Virus record (IMG/VR): IMGVR_UViG_3300037755_000507
Coordinates: 1 to 41,869 of that record
DNA: 41,869 nt
Reading direction: 5' to 3' (one strand)
DNA from: a virus
Taxonomy: Duplodnaviria; Caudoviricetes
In this document: positions 7,958 to 17,036 of the stretch, one piece after another
How the letters are laid out: every line of letters starts with the position of its first letter
How positions within the stretch are numbered: the first letter of the stretch is position 1
Program-made: the position numbers and the translations under genes
The notes under the pieces: generated by a model
What the model saw: the letters and a program-made list of their open reading frames with translations, nothing else
Databases searched by the model: none
What the model was told of the DNA's origin: nothing

Positions 7958-7989
7958 ACTCTATCACCAATAACGTCGTAAGGCGACGT
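7958..7989 (-). promoter_or_regulatory. Candidate leftward extended -10 promoter with upstream palindrome
   Basis: TGaTAGAGT on the minus strand (7958-7966). ACGTCG-N5-CGACGT at 7973-7989 lies over the expected -35 position. Confidence 0.4.
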
Positions 7990-8115
7990 AGGGTTGCACA
8001 AAATGTCGAAAATACTAGGTTATCGGTCCCGCTGTGACAAGATACGACAAGTCGTTCGGGTTGTGGTCGGTGAGGCGGCGGTTGTGACGATGAACTATCC
8101 GGGAACGCCGGACAG

Positions 8116-8143
8116 TTGCCGATGCGGGGGGCAGGATTACAAT
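8116..8143 (+). promoter_or_regulatory. Candidate sigma-70 promoter
   Basis: TTGCCG-16 nt-TACAAT, with ATG 8150 at the expected transcription start. Confidence 0.5.
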
Positions 8144-8149
8144 GCCGAC

Positions 8150-8401
8150 ATGCGACCAGCGCCAAACGTCAACGCGACCAATAGAGCAGCCCGCAAGCTC
8201 CTGGGCAAGGCATGGGACAAGCTCAGCGAAGAGCAGCAGACATGGCATGAGGGCTGGGCGTGGCACTGCGCCCAGCAACCGACAACCGCGGCCGCCTGGG
8301 CCATGATGGATGAGTCGACACCGTTCCGCCGCCTGCCCCACCCACGCCAAGTCGAGCTAGTCCGGCAACACGCACGCATCGCCAAGTTACTAGGCTTATA
8401 G
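8150..8401 (+). CDS. Hypothetical protein, probably leaderless
   Basis: MRPAPNVNATNRAARKLLGKAWDKLSEEQQTW...; start chosen from promoter spacing. Confidence 0.55.
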   Translation: MRPAPNVNATNRAARKLLGKAWDKLSEEQQTWHEGWAWHCAQQPTTAAAWAMMDESTPFRRLPHPRQVELVRQHARIAKLLGL

Positions 8402-8847
8402 TAGCAGTTTTCAGCCGTGACTGAAACAACTAGCGCAAGCTACGACAAGCGTCAAACCCCCACACGACAACGCCAGACGGGGCGATTTGACAGGAAGTAT
8501 CGGCGCACTTACAATCCGGGATACCACACTACGGCGAGCCACCGCGCGGCTCGGCTGTCTGCGGATACGCAGAGTTCTTCTCTTCCACCAGCGCAGACAT
8601 GCACACACACAGCGACAAGCACACGCAATCACCAGGCAGGCAAGCAGGCAGTGTACAGGGCCACGGTACGCAGGGTGTACCATGTAATAGGCATGACAGG
8701 CCAGTCAAGTAGCAGGGTATGGGCACAACACACCAAGCAAGGGGCGTGTACAGTGGCAGGGTATAATCTACAGCGTCACCGTAATCGAGCGCTCGCGCGT
8801 ACCTCGCGCCCTGGAGGATAGACAGCCTTGTGTGAGGTGTACGCCTG

Positions 8848-8875
8848 CCGTCCGATAAAGAGCATTATGGCGTAT
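8848..8875 (+). other. dif/Xer-like recombination site
   Basis: CCGTCCGATAA-AGAGCA-TTATGGCGTAT has the 11-6-11 geometry and ATAA-N6-TTAT core of dif sites; the right arm is degenerate. Confidence 0.5.
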
Positions 8876-9005
8876 CACACGCTGTAGCAAGGGTTTAGGA
8901 GTCCCATCATACAGGATTTTACCCACGCCCCCCAGGGGTGTCGCGCTTCGGAGTCCCGATGTACACTCCCTTTGACGTAGGCTGGTTTTCGGTTTGGAGG
9001 TGCTT

Positions 9006-9251
9006 GTGTTTGACGCTCATGCGGCTCGTGCGAAGTTTCTGGCTTGCCTTCGTTCTCATGCTGGGGTGGTGGTTGAGGAGGATGGCTGCTTGTGGGACTT
9101 GATTCAGGTGACGGTTGGCGAGGGGCGAGGTTCCATCACTGAGATTGTTTCGCCGGCTGATTGGCTGGTTATTGATGATGTTGAGGGTTTCGCGGACCGG
9201 CTGGTCGGGTATTTGCGGCAGTGCGTGGCTTGTCCTGCTTGGGCGGTGTGA
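9006..9251 (+). CDS. Hypothetical protein
   Basis: GGAGG SD before GTG 9006; first gene of the rightward operon. Confidence 0.6.
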   Translation: MFDAHAARAKFLACLRSHAGVVVEEDGCLWDLIQVTVGEGRGSITEIVSPADWLVIDDVEGFADRLVGYLRQCVACPAWAV

Positions 9252-9258
9252 GGTGATC

Positions 9259-9852
9259 ATGGCTGCTTGGTCTTTGGATGCGTCGATTGCTGAGCATCTT
9301 GCTCGTCAGCAGTCGGACTTCATGGCGTCTGCGGCTGGGAATTACGACATGCTGAGGGGTCTGGGTGGGCTGGGCGTTATCCAGCTTCGGTGTCTGGATG
9401 GGGCTGTTCGGTGGTTCTCGCGGTCTGATCTGGAGCGGATGTGCTCGCGGATTGCCGAGAAGAGGAATGCGGTGGTTGGCAGGTCCAAGCTCCCTGACGA
9501 TGTGCTTCTTTTCCGCGGCCGTCCGATAGCTGGGGCGAGTACGGAGGCGCTTGGGCGGTATCTGGAGGGTCTGGGGATTCCGTGGCCGCAGGCTGTGGAG
9601 GTTCCGGTGACGGACGGGTCGAAGCGGACGGATTACAAGCTGACGTGGGTTCACGCTGACCCTGAGCGGCCTGCACCTGCCTGGCAGCGGGACTCATGCA
9701 CGGCAGCGGTCAAGGATTTCTTGACCACTCAACCGCCCGCCTCTGTCGAGGTCAGCTACACGGGCTGGTTCCATCGTCTTCGGGAGCGGTGGCGTGTGTG
9801 GCGGAGTCGTCGGGCGATGCGTCGGTTTGTACGGGTGGAGCGTTCAGTATGA
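9259..9852 (+). CDS. Hypothetical protein
   Basis: GAGGTG SD before ATG 9259. Confidence 0.65.
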   Translation: MAAWSLDASIAEHLARQQSDFMASAAGNYDMLRGLGGLGVIQLRCLDGAVRWFSRSDLERMCSRIAEKRNAVVGRSKLPDDVLLFRGRPIAGASTEALGRYLEGLGIPWPQAVEVPVTDGSKRTDYKLTWVHADPERPAPAWQRDSCTAAVKDFLTTQPPASVEVSYTGWFHRLRERWRVWRSRRAMRRFVRVERSV

Positions 9853-10037
9853 CGGCTGAGGTGTTCGACAAGCTGGTTCACGACTTGCAGGCTCGCGAGC
9901 TTGAGATTCTGCGGGTGAAGGGGGCGGCTTACTCGGGTGCCGACCCTGACCGGCTGGATGCGTTTCGCGTGATTGCCGATCTTCGCAACTACGCGGCTCT
10001 GGCTCTGGCGTTGCACGAGGACGGGGGGGTGGGCTGA
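9849..10037 (+). CDS. Short, apparently internally deleted DUF1599/Nmad1-like helical protein
   Basis: KGAAYSGADPDRLDAF joins directly to IADLRNYAAL. Confidence 0.5.
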   Translation: MTAEVFDKLVHDLQARELEILRVKGAAYSGADPDRLDAFRVIADLRNYAALALALHEDGGVG

Positions 10038-10264
10038 TGGCTCTCTGTCGCCAAATTGGCGACATTGTGGCGCAGGAGCTTGGGTTTTCCAATGATGCTG
10101 AGTTGCTTCGGTACTTGAAGCGTCGCCGTCGTGCCCGTGTCGAATATCACCGTTGCCTGCGTCGGAGTCGGCTGCTGATGTCTGCTTCCGAGAAGTTGGC
10201 GGCGGATGCGGCGGAGCGGGCGGCGCGGGATCGGTACGACATGATCTTGTACGGAGAGGCTTGA
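10037..10264 (+). CDS. Hypothetical basic protein
   Basis: TGATG overlap with the upstream gene. Confidence 0.55.
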   Translation: MALCRQIGDIVAQELGFSNDAELLRYLKRRRRARVEYHRCLRRSRLLMSASEKLAADAAERAARDRYDMILYGEA

Positions 10265-10480
10265 GTGAGCGTCTACTACTACCTCGCGTGCGACCAGTGC
10301 CGGGAGCGGCTGCCGTTCTGGGGGCGTGGCATAGGGGGGGTTGGACTGCTGAGGCCGGCGAGCGATGATGCGGACGCGGCTCAGGAGTTCATCGACGATC
10401 ACGAGGAGCATAGCCTTCGTTTCGTCCGCGAGCAGCGTCCGGGTCTGGATGAGTATTCGTGTCCGTTTGAGGACCAATGA
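10265..10480 (+). CDS. Small Cys/His zinc-binding hypothetical protein
   Basis: YYLACDQCRE...FIDDHEEHSLRF. Confidence 0.7.
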   Translation: MSVYYYLACDQCRERLPFWGRGIGGVGLLRPASDDADAAQEFIDDHEEHSLRFVREQRPGLDEYSCPFEDQ

Positions 10481-10928
10481 CGGAGAGGCTGGGTAAACGA
10501 GGCTCCGACTCGTTCCTGACGGTTTCGGCTATCTCCGGGGCCGCCGCGGGGAAACGGCCTGTGGATGGGTGGCAATACGCTCGGAATCGCCACCCGCTCA
10601 AGCCGGGCTACCCCATGTGCTGTTGCGACAGCTTGTGGGGCGTCCCGGCTCCACCGAGCACTTTTTGGAAGGATTCCGATGGACCTTGAGTCTAAGCAGC
10701 AGCACGAGGTCCGGCTCGTTGAATACCTTTACGAGGCTGCTTGCCTGTCTCCGCGGCTTTGTTGCCTGGGGATGCAGTTTTCCGTGTCTGACCCTGTTGT
10801 TGTCTGGAGCCACCCGATTGTCGATGGCATGAGTTGTCGGGCGGGCGAGATTGAGATCGTCGAATTGATGCGGCTGTCTGGCTGTGACGTGATTCTTCGT
10901 CTGTGCGAGGCAGTCTACGGGGATTCCG

Positions 10929-11195
10929 ATGGTTGAGCGTGTTGCGAAGGCGTTGTTCAAGAGTCGGTCCACGCTGGGCATTCCGTGGTCGGACCTGGCG
11001 CCTGGGCTGCAGAAGGTTTGGCTGGCGTACGCGACGGCTCTCTTGGATGGCCCGACGCCGGAGGGTGCATGGCAGCGGTTCACTCGGTCTTCCGCGCGGG
11101 GGCTGTCGCCCGAGCGGCTGGACGAGGTGCGGTTCGACCACCGGGTTGCGAAGGACTTCCTGGCCCCGGCGACGCACAAGGCGATGAAGGGGTAG
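10929..11195 (+). CDS. Hypothetical protein
   Basis: MVERVAKALF...W...L...W...A motif common in phage small proteins. Confidence 0.65.
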   Translation: MVERVAKALFKSRSTLGIPWSDLAPGLQKVWLAYATALLDGPTPEGAWQRFTRSSARGLSPERLDEVRFDHRVAKDFLAPATHKAMKG

Positions 11196-11198
11196 TCT

Positions 11199-11480
11199 AT
11201 GCTGCTGACTGAAGCGCGAGAGTTGGTGAAGTTCGAGCGGCTGGACGTTCATCCGACACGGCCGGATTTCGCTTCGATTATGGGCAAGGCGTGGACGACT
11301 GCCGGCAAGGCCCTTTGTGGCGAGTGGTTCTTTTCCCGGGAAGAGCTTGCCATGAGCAATCTTGATCGCGAGACCCGCTTTCGCGACGCTGAGAATGCGA
11401 TCCTGCTCGGAATGTTGGAGCAGTGCCGCGTTGCCGGCGTGAAGCTGTGCAAGATGCCGGTGGAGGCGGTGAAGGCATGA
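11199..11480 (+). CDS. Hypothetical protein
   Basis: SD and close packing. Confidence 0.65.
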   Translation: MLLTEARELVKFERLDVHPTRPDFASIMGKAWTTAGKALCGEWFFSREELAMSNLDRETRFRDAENAILLGMLEQCRVAGVKLCKMPVEAVKA

Positions 11481-11794
11481 CTGACGTCCTGAGCGACGTT
11501 GCGTTGACTGACCAGCAGCGAGATGCTTTCACTCGCATTTCAAGCAATCCGGACGATCTTCGCGATCCGTGGGGAGTAATGAATGATCGCTGGTCGGTGC
11601 GGTATGTCCACGTCCGACAAGGAAAGCGAGAGCGGATCGTCGGATGGCAGTTCCGCGGCATCCGTGTTGAGGGCAGGTACGGGTGGGTTGATGTTGATGA
11701 TGGGTCGTACTGCTTCGATCCGCGTGAACGTCTCGACGTTGTTTGGCGTGATGGAGGGTTTGGCTATGACTCTTGGGTTCCTGAGCGACGTTGA
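11477..11794 (+). CDS. Hypothetical protein
   Basis: ATGA overlap and GGAGG upstream. Confidence 0.6.
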   Translation: MTDVLSDVALTDQQRDAFTRISSNPDDLRDPWGVMNDRWSVRYVHVRQGKRERIVGWQFRGIRVEGRYGWVDVDDGSYCFDPRERLDVVWRDGGFGYDSWVPERR

Positions 11795-12348
11795 CCCCGG
11801 CGACGAGAACGACGGCAAAGAACTGGAGGATGCTGGTGCAACTCAGGGATAAATCGACAGTGAAGGCCTCGCCAGAGAAGCGCGTTCGCAGTGCGACCAT
11901 GAGCCGCATCTGGAAAACGCTGACGCCGGCCCAGAAGGCGTTCTGGGGAGACAAGCGATGCCAGTACGACACCGGGGAGGCTGGATCATACTTGTGCATC
12001 ATCGACGCCTTGATCAGTTACAAGGCTCCCGTCGAAGGTATCGACGGCAATATCCCTTTCATGCCGTGCAGTCTTACTCAGTCGATTGTGTGGGTCGGAG
12101 CGAATCTCGGCTCTTCCAAGGTTGATATGGACTCATGTCCAGGCAGTACGGCGGTGGCGATGTACAGGTGGGCACTGAACAACCCGGACGCATTCTGGCA
12201 GAAATACTTTATGACCTTCCACAAGGTGGACGTGGCACTCAGTAAGGGCGGGGCGGCCAAGGACATCGAGGATGAGGACAAGGCTCTTGAGTCATTGATT
12301 GATCGTGCCCGGTCCCGCGGAGCCGATGATGCACAAACTGACGGCTGA
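11791..12348 (+). CDS. Probable terminase small subunit (start uncertain)
   Basis: Directly upstream of and overlapping TerL; helical; CPGSTAVAMYRWA...AFW. Positional inference. Confidence 0.55.
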   Translation: MTPATRTTAKNWRMLVQLRDKSTVKASPEKRVRSATMSRIWKTLTPAQKAFWGDKRCQYDTGEAGSYLCIIDALISYKAPVEGIDGNIPFMPCSLTQSIVWVGANLGSSKVDMDSCPGSTAVAMYRWALNNPDAFWQKYFMTFHKVDVALSKGGAAKDIEDEDKALESLIDRARSRGADDAQTDG

Positions 12349-14242
12349 TATGGTGCCTGTTGATCGGGATGGAAATCTCGATTGGCGCCGCTGGATAACA
12401 AAAGAGGCGATCGCTCACGCATCCTCCGAGCGGCAGATCATCGCCGCCTGTCGCGCCGACCCCGTTTTCTTCATCAACTCGTTCGTGTGGACGAAAGACC
12501 CCCGCATCGTATCATCTACCGTCCGTCCGATGATTCTCTGGGAGCGACAGGTCGATCTTGTTCGTGAGTTGACCCGTTCGATCGAGGATCAGTACAGCAT
12601 CCATTTCGGCAAAAGCCGCGACCAAGGGGCAAGTTGTGTCTGCATGTACTTGCTGGACTGGCGTGGCAGGTTTTTCGACGAGCAGGAGCTTGGCGCCGTC
12701 TCCCGGAAGCAGACCTACGTCGATTCGGGTCGCAACTGGAAAGCCCTGTTCACGAAGGTTGACCTGTTGCAGGACAAGCTGCCCTCCTTCCTGGGCCGCA
12801 TTCGATCTGACCGGGTGTTGAACCGGGTAGCCTACACAACAGGTTCGACCATCTCGGGCGAGACGACTACGGGCGACGCCTTCACGGGCGACCGCAGGAC
12901 CGTGATCCTGGTGGATGAGCACGCCAGGTTCGACTTCCGACAGGGCTACCAGATTCTCGACAGCGTCCAGCACGCCGCTGAGTGTGTCTGGTACGTCAGC
13001 ACTCCGCAGGGCGTTGGGAACGCCTTCTTTGCGGTGAGGGAGACGATTCCGCGCCGGATCGAGCTTCACTGGTCGAAAGACCCGCGCCGCAACCGCGGCC
13101 TCTACCGGATCGTGAATTGGAAGATCGTCTACGAGGACGAGCACGTTTACGGCCGAATGTCGCCAGAAGAAGAGGAATCCCGTGCGGCTATCTGGGATGT
13201 GCTGGCGAAACGCGGGTTCACGGTCGAGGGGAAGCTGCGGAGCGTCTGGTACGACCGGAAGTGTGCTGAGGCTCCGAATCCGCAGTCGATCGACTCCGAG
13301 TTGGACATCATCTACCACGGGTCCGGCTCCCCCTACTTCAACGAGCACGACCTGGAGCGGCTCAAGGTTTTTTGCCGCACCCCCGAGCGGTTCGATCTCC
13401 AATTCGACCCGTATTCGAGACAGCGTCCGACCCTGGTTCCGAAGGCGAACGGGCGTCTGCTGCTGTGGTGTCCCCTCAACAATGGCGTGCCGATGGTCGG
13501 GCGTGTCGCCATCGCTGCCGACATCGGTCAGGGGGTCGGCGCATCTAACTCGATCGCTGCCGTGATCGACGAGACGGGCCGCAAAGTGGCCCAGATCGTC
13601 GCTGCCGACCTTGCGGCAACCGAATTCGCTGAGTGGTGTTGGGCGCTCGGGTTCCTTTTCGGTCGGTCTGACTCGCGGGGCAAAGTGGTCGAACCGGCCG
13701 CTCTCAACTGGGAGTCCGGCGGACCGGGGGGAGCGTTCGGAAAGCGGATCATCAAGAACGGGTACGACAGCGTCTACATGCGATCCCGCGAGGGCCGGGT
13801 TGACGCTCCGGCGACGATGGTGGCCGGGTGGGACAAGAAGGACGCCCCGTTCATGGAGGCGATGACCGAATGGTCTTCGGCCCTGATCCGGGGGGAGTAT
13901 CAGGAATCCGACCAGGAGACGTTGCGGGAATGCCGTTTTTACCGCTATGATTCTTCCGGGAAGCTGGAGTGGTCGCCGGAGGGCGGCGTAATTGACCCGT
14001 CCGGGGCCGGCGACAACCACGCTGACCGGGTGATTGCGACAATGCTCTGCTGGAAGACGGCGATGGAGAAGCTGGGTATTGGCGCTCGGAAAACCGAACC
14101 CCGCGACGGCAAGCCGACTGAGATTTTGCCCAACAGCCTTGCCGGCCTGATTATGGCTGAGAACGAGAGGAATTGTGCTGGCGAGCGATGGAGTTGGCGT
14201 CGCCGCCGTCTGCGCGACCCCCTGATGGATATGATCCGATGA
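12326..14242 (+). CDS. terL: Terminase large subunit
   Basis: Walker A-like KSRDQGAS, Walker B VILVDEH, motif III VSTPQG, RNase H-like nuclease AADIGQG and NHADRVIA. Confidence 0.95.
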   Translation: MMHKLTADMVPVDRDGNLDWRRWITKEAIAHASSERQIIAACRADPVFFINSFVWTKDPRIVSSTVRPMILWERQVDLVRELTRSIEDQYSIHFGKSRDQGASCVCMYLLDWRGRFFDEQELGAVSRKQTYVDSGRNWKALFTKVDLLQDKLPSFLGRIRSDRVLNRVAYTTGSTISGETTTGDAFTGDRRTVILVDEHARFDFRQGYQILDSVQHAAECVWYVSTPQGVGNAFFAVRETIPRRIELHWSKDPRRNRGLYRIVNWKIVYEDEHVYGRMSPEEEESRAAIWDVLAKRGFTVEGKLRSVWYDRKCAEAPNPQSIDSELDIIYHGSGSPYFNEHDLERLKVFCRTPERFDLQFDPYSRQRPTLVPKANGRLLLWCPLNNGVPMVGRVAIAADIGQGVGASNSIAAVIDETGRKVAQIVAADLAATEFAEWCWALGFLFGRSDSRGKVVEPAALNWESGGPGGAFGKRIIKNGYDSVYMRSREGRVDAPATMVAGWDKKDAPFMEAMTEWSSALIRGEYQESDQETLRECRFYRYDSSGKLEWSPEGGVIDPSGAGDNHADRVIATMLCWKTAMEKLGIGARKTEPRDGKPTEILPNSLAGLIMAENERNCAGERWSWRRRRLRDPLMDMIR

Positions 14243-14460
14243 GCGAAGACAACGGAAACGGCGTCCCAAAGGTGGAGTTTGGTCCGCCGATCGCAATGGC
14301 CATGATCAGGGCGATCGTTCCGGTTCCGGACGGCTGCCTGGTACACCTGATGGACGGGCGGGCGTTGATGATTCCTGGCGCTCTTTGCGTATCGGTTGGC
14401 AAGGAGCCGGCCAGCCCCATAGTCCAGCCGAACAAGCGGCTGGCTTTTCCTGGGAAGTAG
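14239..14460 (+). CDS. Hypothetical protein
   Basis: ATGA overlap with the TerL stop. Confidence 0.6.
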   Translation: MSEDNGNGVPKVEFGPPIAMAMIRAIVPVPDGCLVHLMDGRALMIPGALCVSVGKEPASPIVQPNKRLAFPGK

Positions 14461-14461
14461 T

Positions 14462-14860
14462 ATGGCGACCAAGCGATACAAGGCGTTCGACAGGCTGGTC
14501 GGGGCTCAACCGGCCGGCGCGAAATACTGCATGATCAAGACAGACGGCGTTCATTCGCTCCAGTCCGCCAGGATCAAGTTCGGTAACATCGTCGGCACCG
14601 GAACCCTGACCGTCACGCTCAAGAGCGGTGACCACAAGGACAACTCCAGTGGTCGCGTGGTCGGAACTGCCCTGACGAACAGCGACCTGCTGCCGAGCGG
14701 GCTGGATGTGACCAGCCAGATCAACGAGTACGAGTTCACGCTGGACGCAGGCGACACGGCCACCGCGCCGGCCGGCCGCTACTACTGGGTCGAACTGAAC
14801 GGCGACAATGCTGCCGACCGGCTAGATGAGCCGCTGCTGGAAATTACGGTGAACGAATGA
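14462..14860 (+). CDS. Beta-rich putative virion protein
   Basis: G/T/S-rich. FTLDAGDT...GRYYWVEL resembles Ig/BppU-like folds (inference). Confidence 0.7.
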   Translation: MATKRYKAFDRLVGAQPAGAKYCMIKTDGVHSLQSARIKFGNIVGTGTLTVTLKSGDHKDNSSGRVVGTALTNSDLLPSGLDVTSQINEYEFTLDAGDTATAPAGRYYWVELNGDNAADRLDEPLLEITVNE

Positions 14861-15180
14861 CGAGTATCGCACTGCTTTTGATCGGGTTCCTGTTTCCGTC
14901 CGGAGACTACTGCTGGAGTTACCACACCGACGGCGAGTGTGCTGCCGGGCAGGAGCGGTTGGTCATCGAGGTTGCCAACGGCGAGCCGGACAACCTGTAC
15001 CTGTTCACGGTGCATATCGGCGGGCCGTGGATCATCGGAGTGGTGGTGAACACGGACGGCAACGGCGACGGCGCGACGACGTTCTGTCGCCAGTATTGGG
15101 GCGACTATCGCGCCGACCCGCCGTACGGGCTGGCGTCGCACACCCGCGAAGATGACGAGTCGATCTACTGGTGCGAGTAG
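14857..15180 (+). CDS. Signal-peptide-bearing acidic hypothetical protein
   Basis: MTSIALLLIGFLFP N-terminus, four Cys. Confidence 0.65.
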   Translation: MTSIALLLIGFLFPSGDYCWSYHTDGECAAGQERLVIEVANGEPDNLYLFTVHIGGPWIIGVVVNTDGNGDGATTFCRQYWGDYRADPPYGLASHTREDDESIYWCE

Positions 15181-15181
15181 C

Positions 15182-16105
15182 ATGGCGATCGCTAGGAACC
15201 TGTTTGCAGTCAGCACGGCGGGGACAAGCACCCTGACGATCAGCCCGTCGTTCATCGGATCGCCGGTGATTCGCGGCTGCCTCGTGTTCGTTGTGCAAGA
15301 GGGGGCGACCGACGAGGTTTCTTCGGTCGTTCGCGACTCGGTCAGCTTTGCTCGCATCAGTTCTACCCGCATGTCGAAGGCGACGGGCGAGGCGTGTTCA
15401 GTCTACGCCTACTTCGACGCGACCGCCGGCCTATCTGGCGACATTACCGTCAGCGTCAGTGGTGCCAGCAACAAGGTGGCGGGGGCGCACTTCTTCACGG
15501 CCAACACTCCGGTGGTGGTTCGCGATGAAGACCGGTCGGTCAACGGCGACTCGGTCGAGAATCCGAGCGGAACGGTGGATCCGGGCGGCCTGACCAGCTT
15601 CGTCGCCCTGGCCGGCTTCACCGGACTCAACAACATGAGTAACATCGCCCCGCTGACCGGATGGACGTCCGACCACGAGGAAGACTTCGGCGCCGACGGG
15701 GCCGTATTCTACAGCTACGATACGGTCGGCAAGGTTCCTGTGACGTTTGGCTGGACGGCAGGCGCGGATGACGCCGTGATCTGGGCAGTGGCCGTGGCCG
15801 AGCAGGTCGATCTCCAGTCAGAAACAACGGACTGCTTGACCGCGGCCGCTCGGAAGCTGTCCGGCGTCAAAACCGAACGGGAAGAGGCCCAACACTGCCT
15901 TGCGAAGGCGGTGGCGACAGAAATTGCCGCCCTGGGCCATGCTTTCGGGAATACCGCGACCGACTCCTTGTATGAGGAGGCCCAGGAAGCCCTTGACAGA
16001 GCGAAGCGGGGGGAGCAGGGTATAATCACAGAGAAGTCCGTCCCGGCCGTGGAACGTGTCCGGGCAGTCTGTTACGAGATCGCCAAGCTGGCGGCGAATA
16101 TCTGA
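15182..16105 (+). CDS. Putative virion protein with beta-sandwich N-terminal domain and helical C-terminus
   Basis: S/T/G-rich strands followed by a charged helical tail. Confidence 0.75.
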   Translation: MAIARNLFAVSTAGTSTLTISPSFIGSPVIRGCLVFVVQEGATDEVSSVVRDSVSFARISSTRMSKATGEACSVYAYFDATAGLSGDITVSVSGASNKVAGAHFFTANTPVVVRDEDRSVNGDSVENPSGTVDPGGLTSFVALAGFTGLNNMSNIAPLTGWTSDHEEDFGADGAVFYSYDTVGKVPVTFGWTAGADDAVIWAVAVAEQVDLQSETTDCLTAAARKLSGVKTEREEAQHCLAKAVATEIAALGHAFGNTATDSLYEEAQEALDRAKRGEQGIITEKSVPAVERVRAVCYEIAKLAANI

Positions 16106-16491
16106 TGGCTGACGAACTGACAATCAGCGGCTCGATTCGCGCCAAGAAGGGCGAAACCGACGTGGAGTTCGGGGTTTTCGGCCAGTCGATCGACTGGACC
16201 GGGACGAACTTCATCAAGAACCGGCAGGTTGTCGGAACGACTGTCGAGGCGGTTTTGCTGGGCGATGTCGCCCTCAGTTCGCGGGCCTGGTTTTTCGCCA
16301 AGAACCACAGCGCGACGGACGGAAATTACGTCACGCTGCGGAATGCGTCGGCGGCGACGGGAGACTTCGCCCAGCTTGGTCCGGGCGAGACATGCGGCCC
16401 GATCCCGCTGAAACTGGACGCCAGCACGGCACTGTACGCGATCGCGACCAGCGCGGCCGCGGATTTGGAGTATCTTCTCGTGGAGTATTGA
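16105..16491 (+). CDS. Putative small virion beta-sandwich protein
   Basis: WFFAKNHS..NYVTL...LGPGET...LYAIA is a pattern typical of phage decoration-like proteins. Confidence 0.75.
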   Translation: MADELTISGSIRAKKGETDVEFGVFGQSIDWTGTNFIKNRQVVGTTVEAVLLGDVALSSRAWFFAKNHSATDGNYVTLRNASAATGDFAQLGPGETCGPIPLKLDASTALYAIATSAAADLEYLLVEY

Positions 16492-16579
16492 CCGACCCTG
16501 AGTCGGATGCGTAGGCCAAAAGAATAGGGCGACAGGGACTTAAGCTCCCCCTGAGCGCCTGTTTCGCACCGCCCAAACA

Positions 16580-16624
16580 GGGGGCGTCTGCGTGGGAAAC
16601 CGCGTGGACGCCCCCTTTTCTTTT
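16580..16624 (+). terminator. Rho-independent terminator-like hairpin inside the structural operon
   Basis: 16-bp stem (three G-U pairs), GAAA tetraloop, then TTTTCTTTT. Confidence 0.75.
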
Positions 16625-16640
16625 GGTCTGGAGGTAAGCA

Positions 16641-17027
16641 ATGGCGTCGTCACAACCCCAACTCAGCACAGGCAGCAAGCTCGGCGGGTTCAAGAACCCG
16701 GACGTGACCACGACGCCCGACATCAACGTCAGGGTCGGGCCGTGCGAGGTTCGCTCGCTCGACCTCATCGAGGGTGATGCCGAGACGGTCTACTACAAGC
16801 TCTACGACAACACGGGCGGAGACGGACTCAGTGAAGACCCCCTTGCAGTCGGGACGACACCACCCAGCCACGGCTTTCTGGCCAAGGCCAGTGGCACTGT
16901 GTCTTACGAGTTCTACCCGCCGTTGAGGTTTGCTTACGGGCTGAGCGTGGTCGGCTCCACTGAGGATGGCAATGCGGTAACGACCAGTCCGGCCGACCTG
17001 TCGGCCGACTTGGCAACGGTCCCGTAG
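16641..17027 (+). CDS. Putative virion beta-sandwich protein, paralogue 1
   Basis: GGAGG SD. YYKLYD...VGTTPP...LRFAYGLSV. Confidence 0.75.
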   Translation: MASSQPQLSTGSKLGGFKNPDVTTTPDINVRVGPCEVRSLDLIEGDAETVYYKLYDNTGGDGLSEDPLAVGTTPPSHGFLAKASGTVSYEFYPPLRFAYGLSVVGSTEDGNAVTTSPADLSADLATVP

Positions 17028-17036
17028 GAGCAAGTC

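Noticed and set aside
8417-8821. 134-aa ORF in the control region
   Set aside because: T/R/Q/H-rich composition simply mirrors the A/C strand bias, and there is no SD.
8887-8896. AAACCCTTGC shared (inverted) with 35681-35690
   Set aside because: A single 10-bp match is expected by chance in 42 kb, although both copies lie in control regions.
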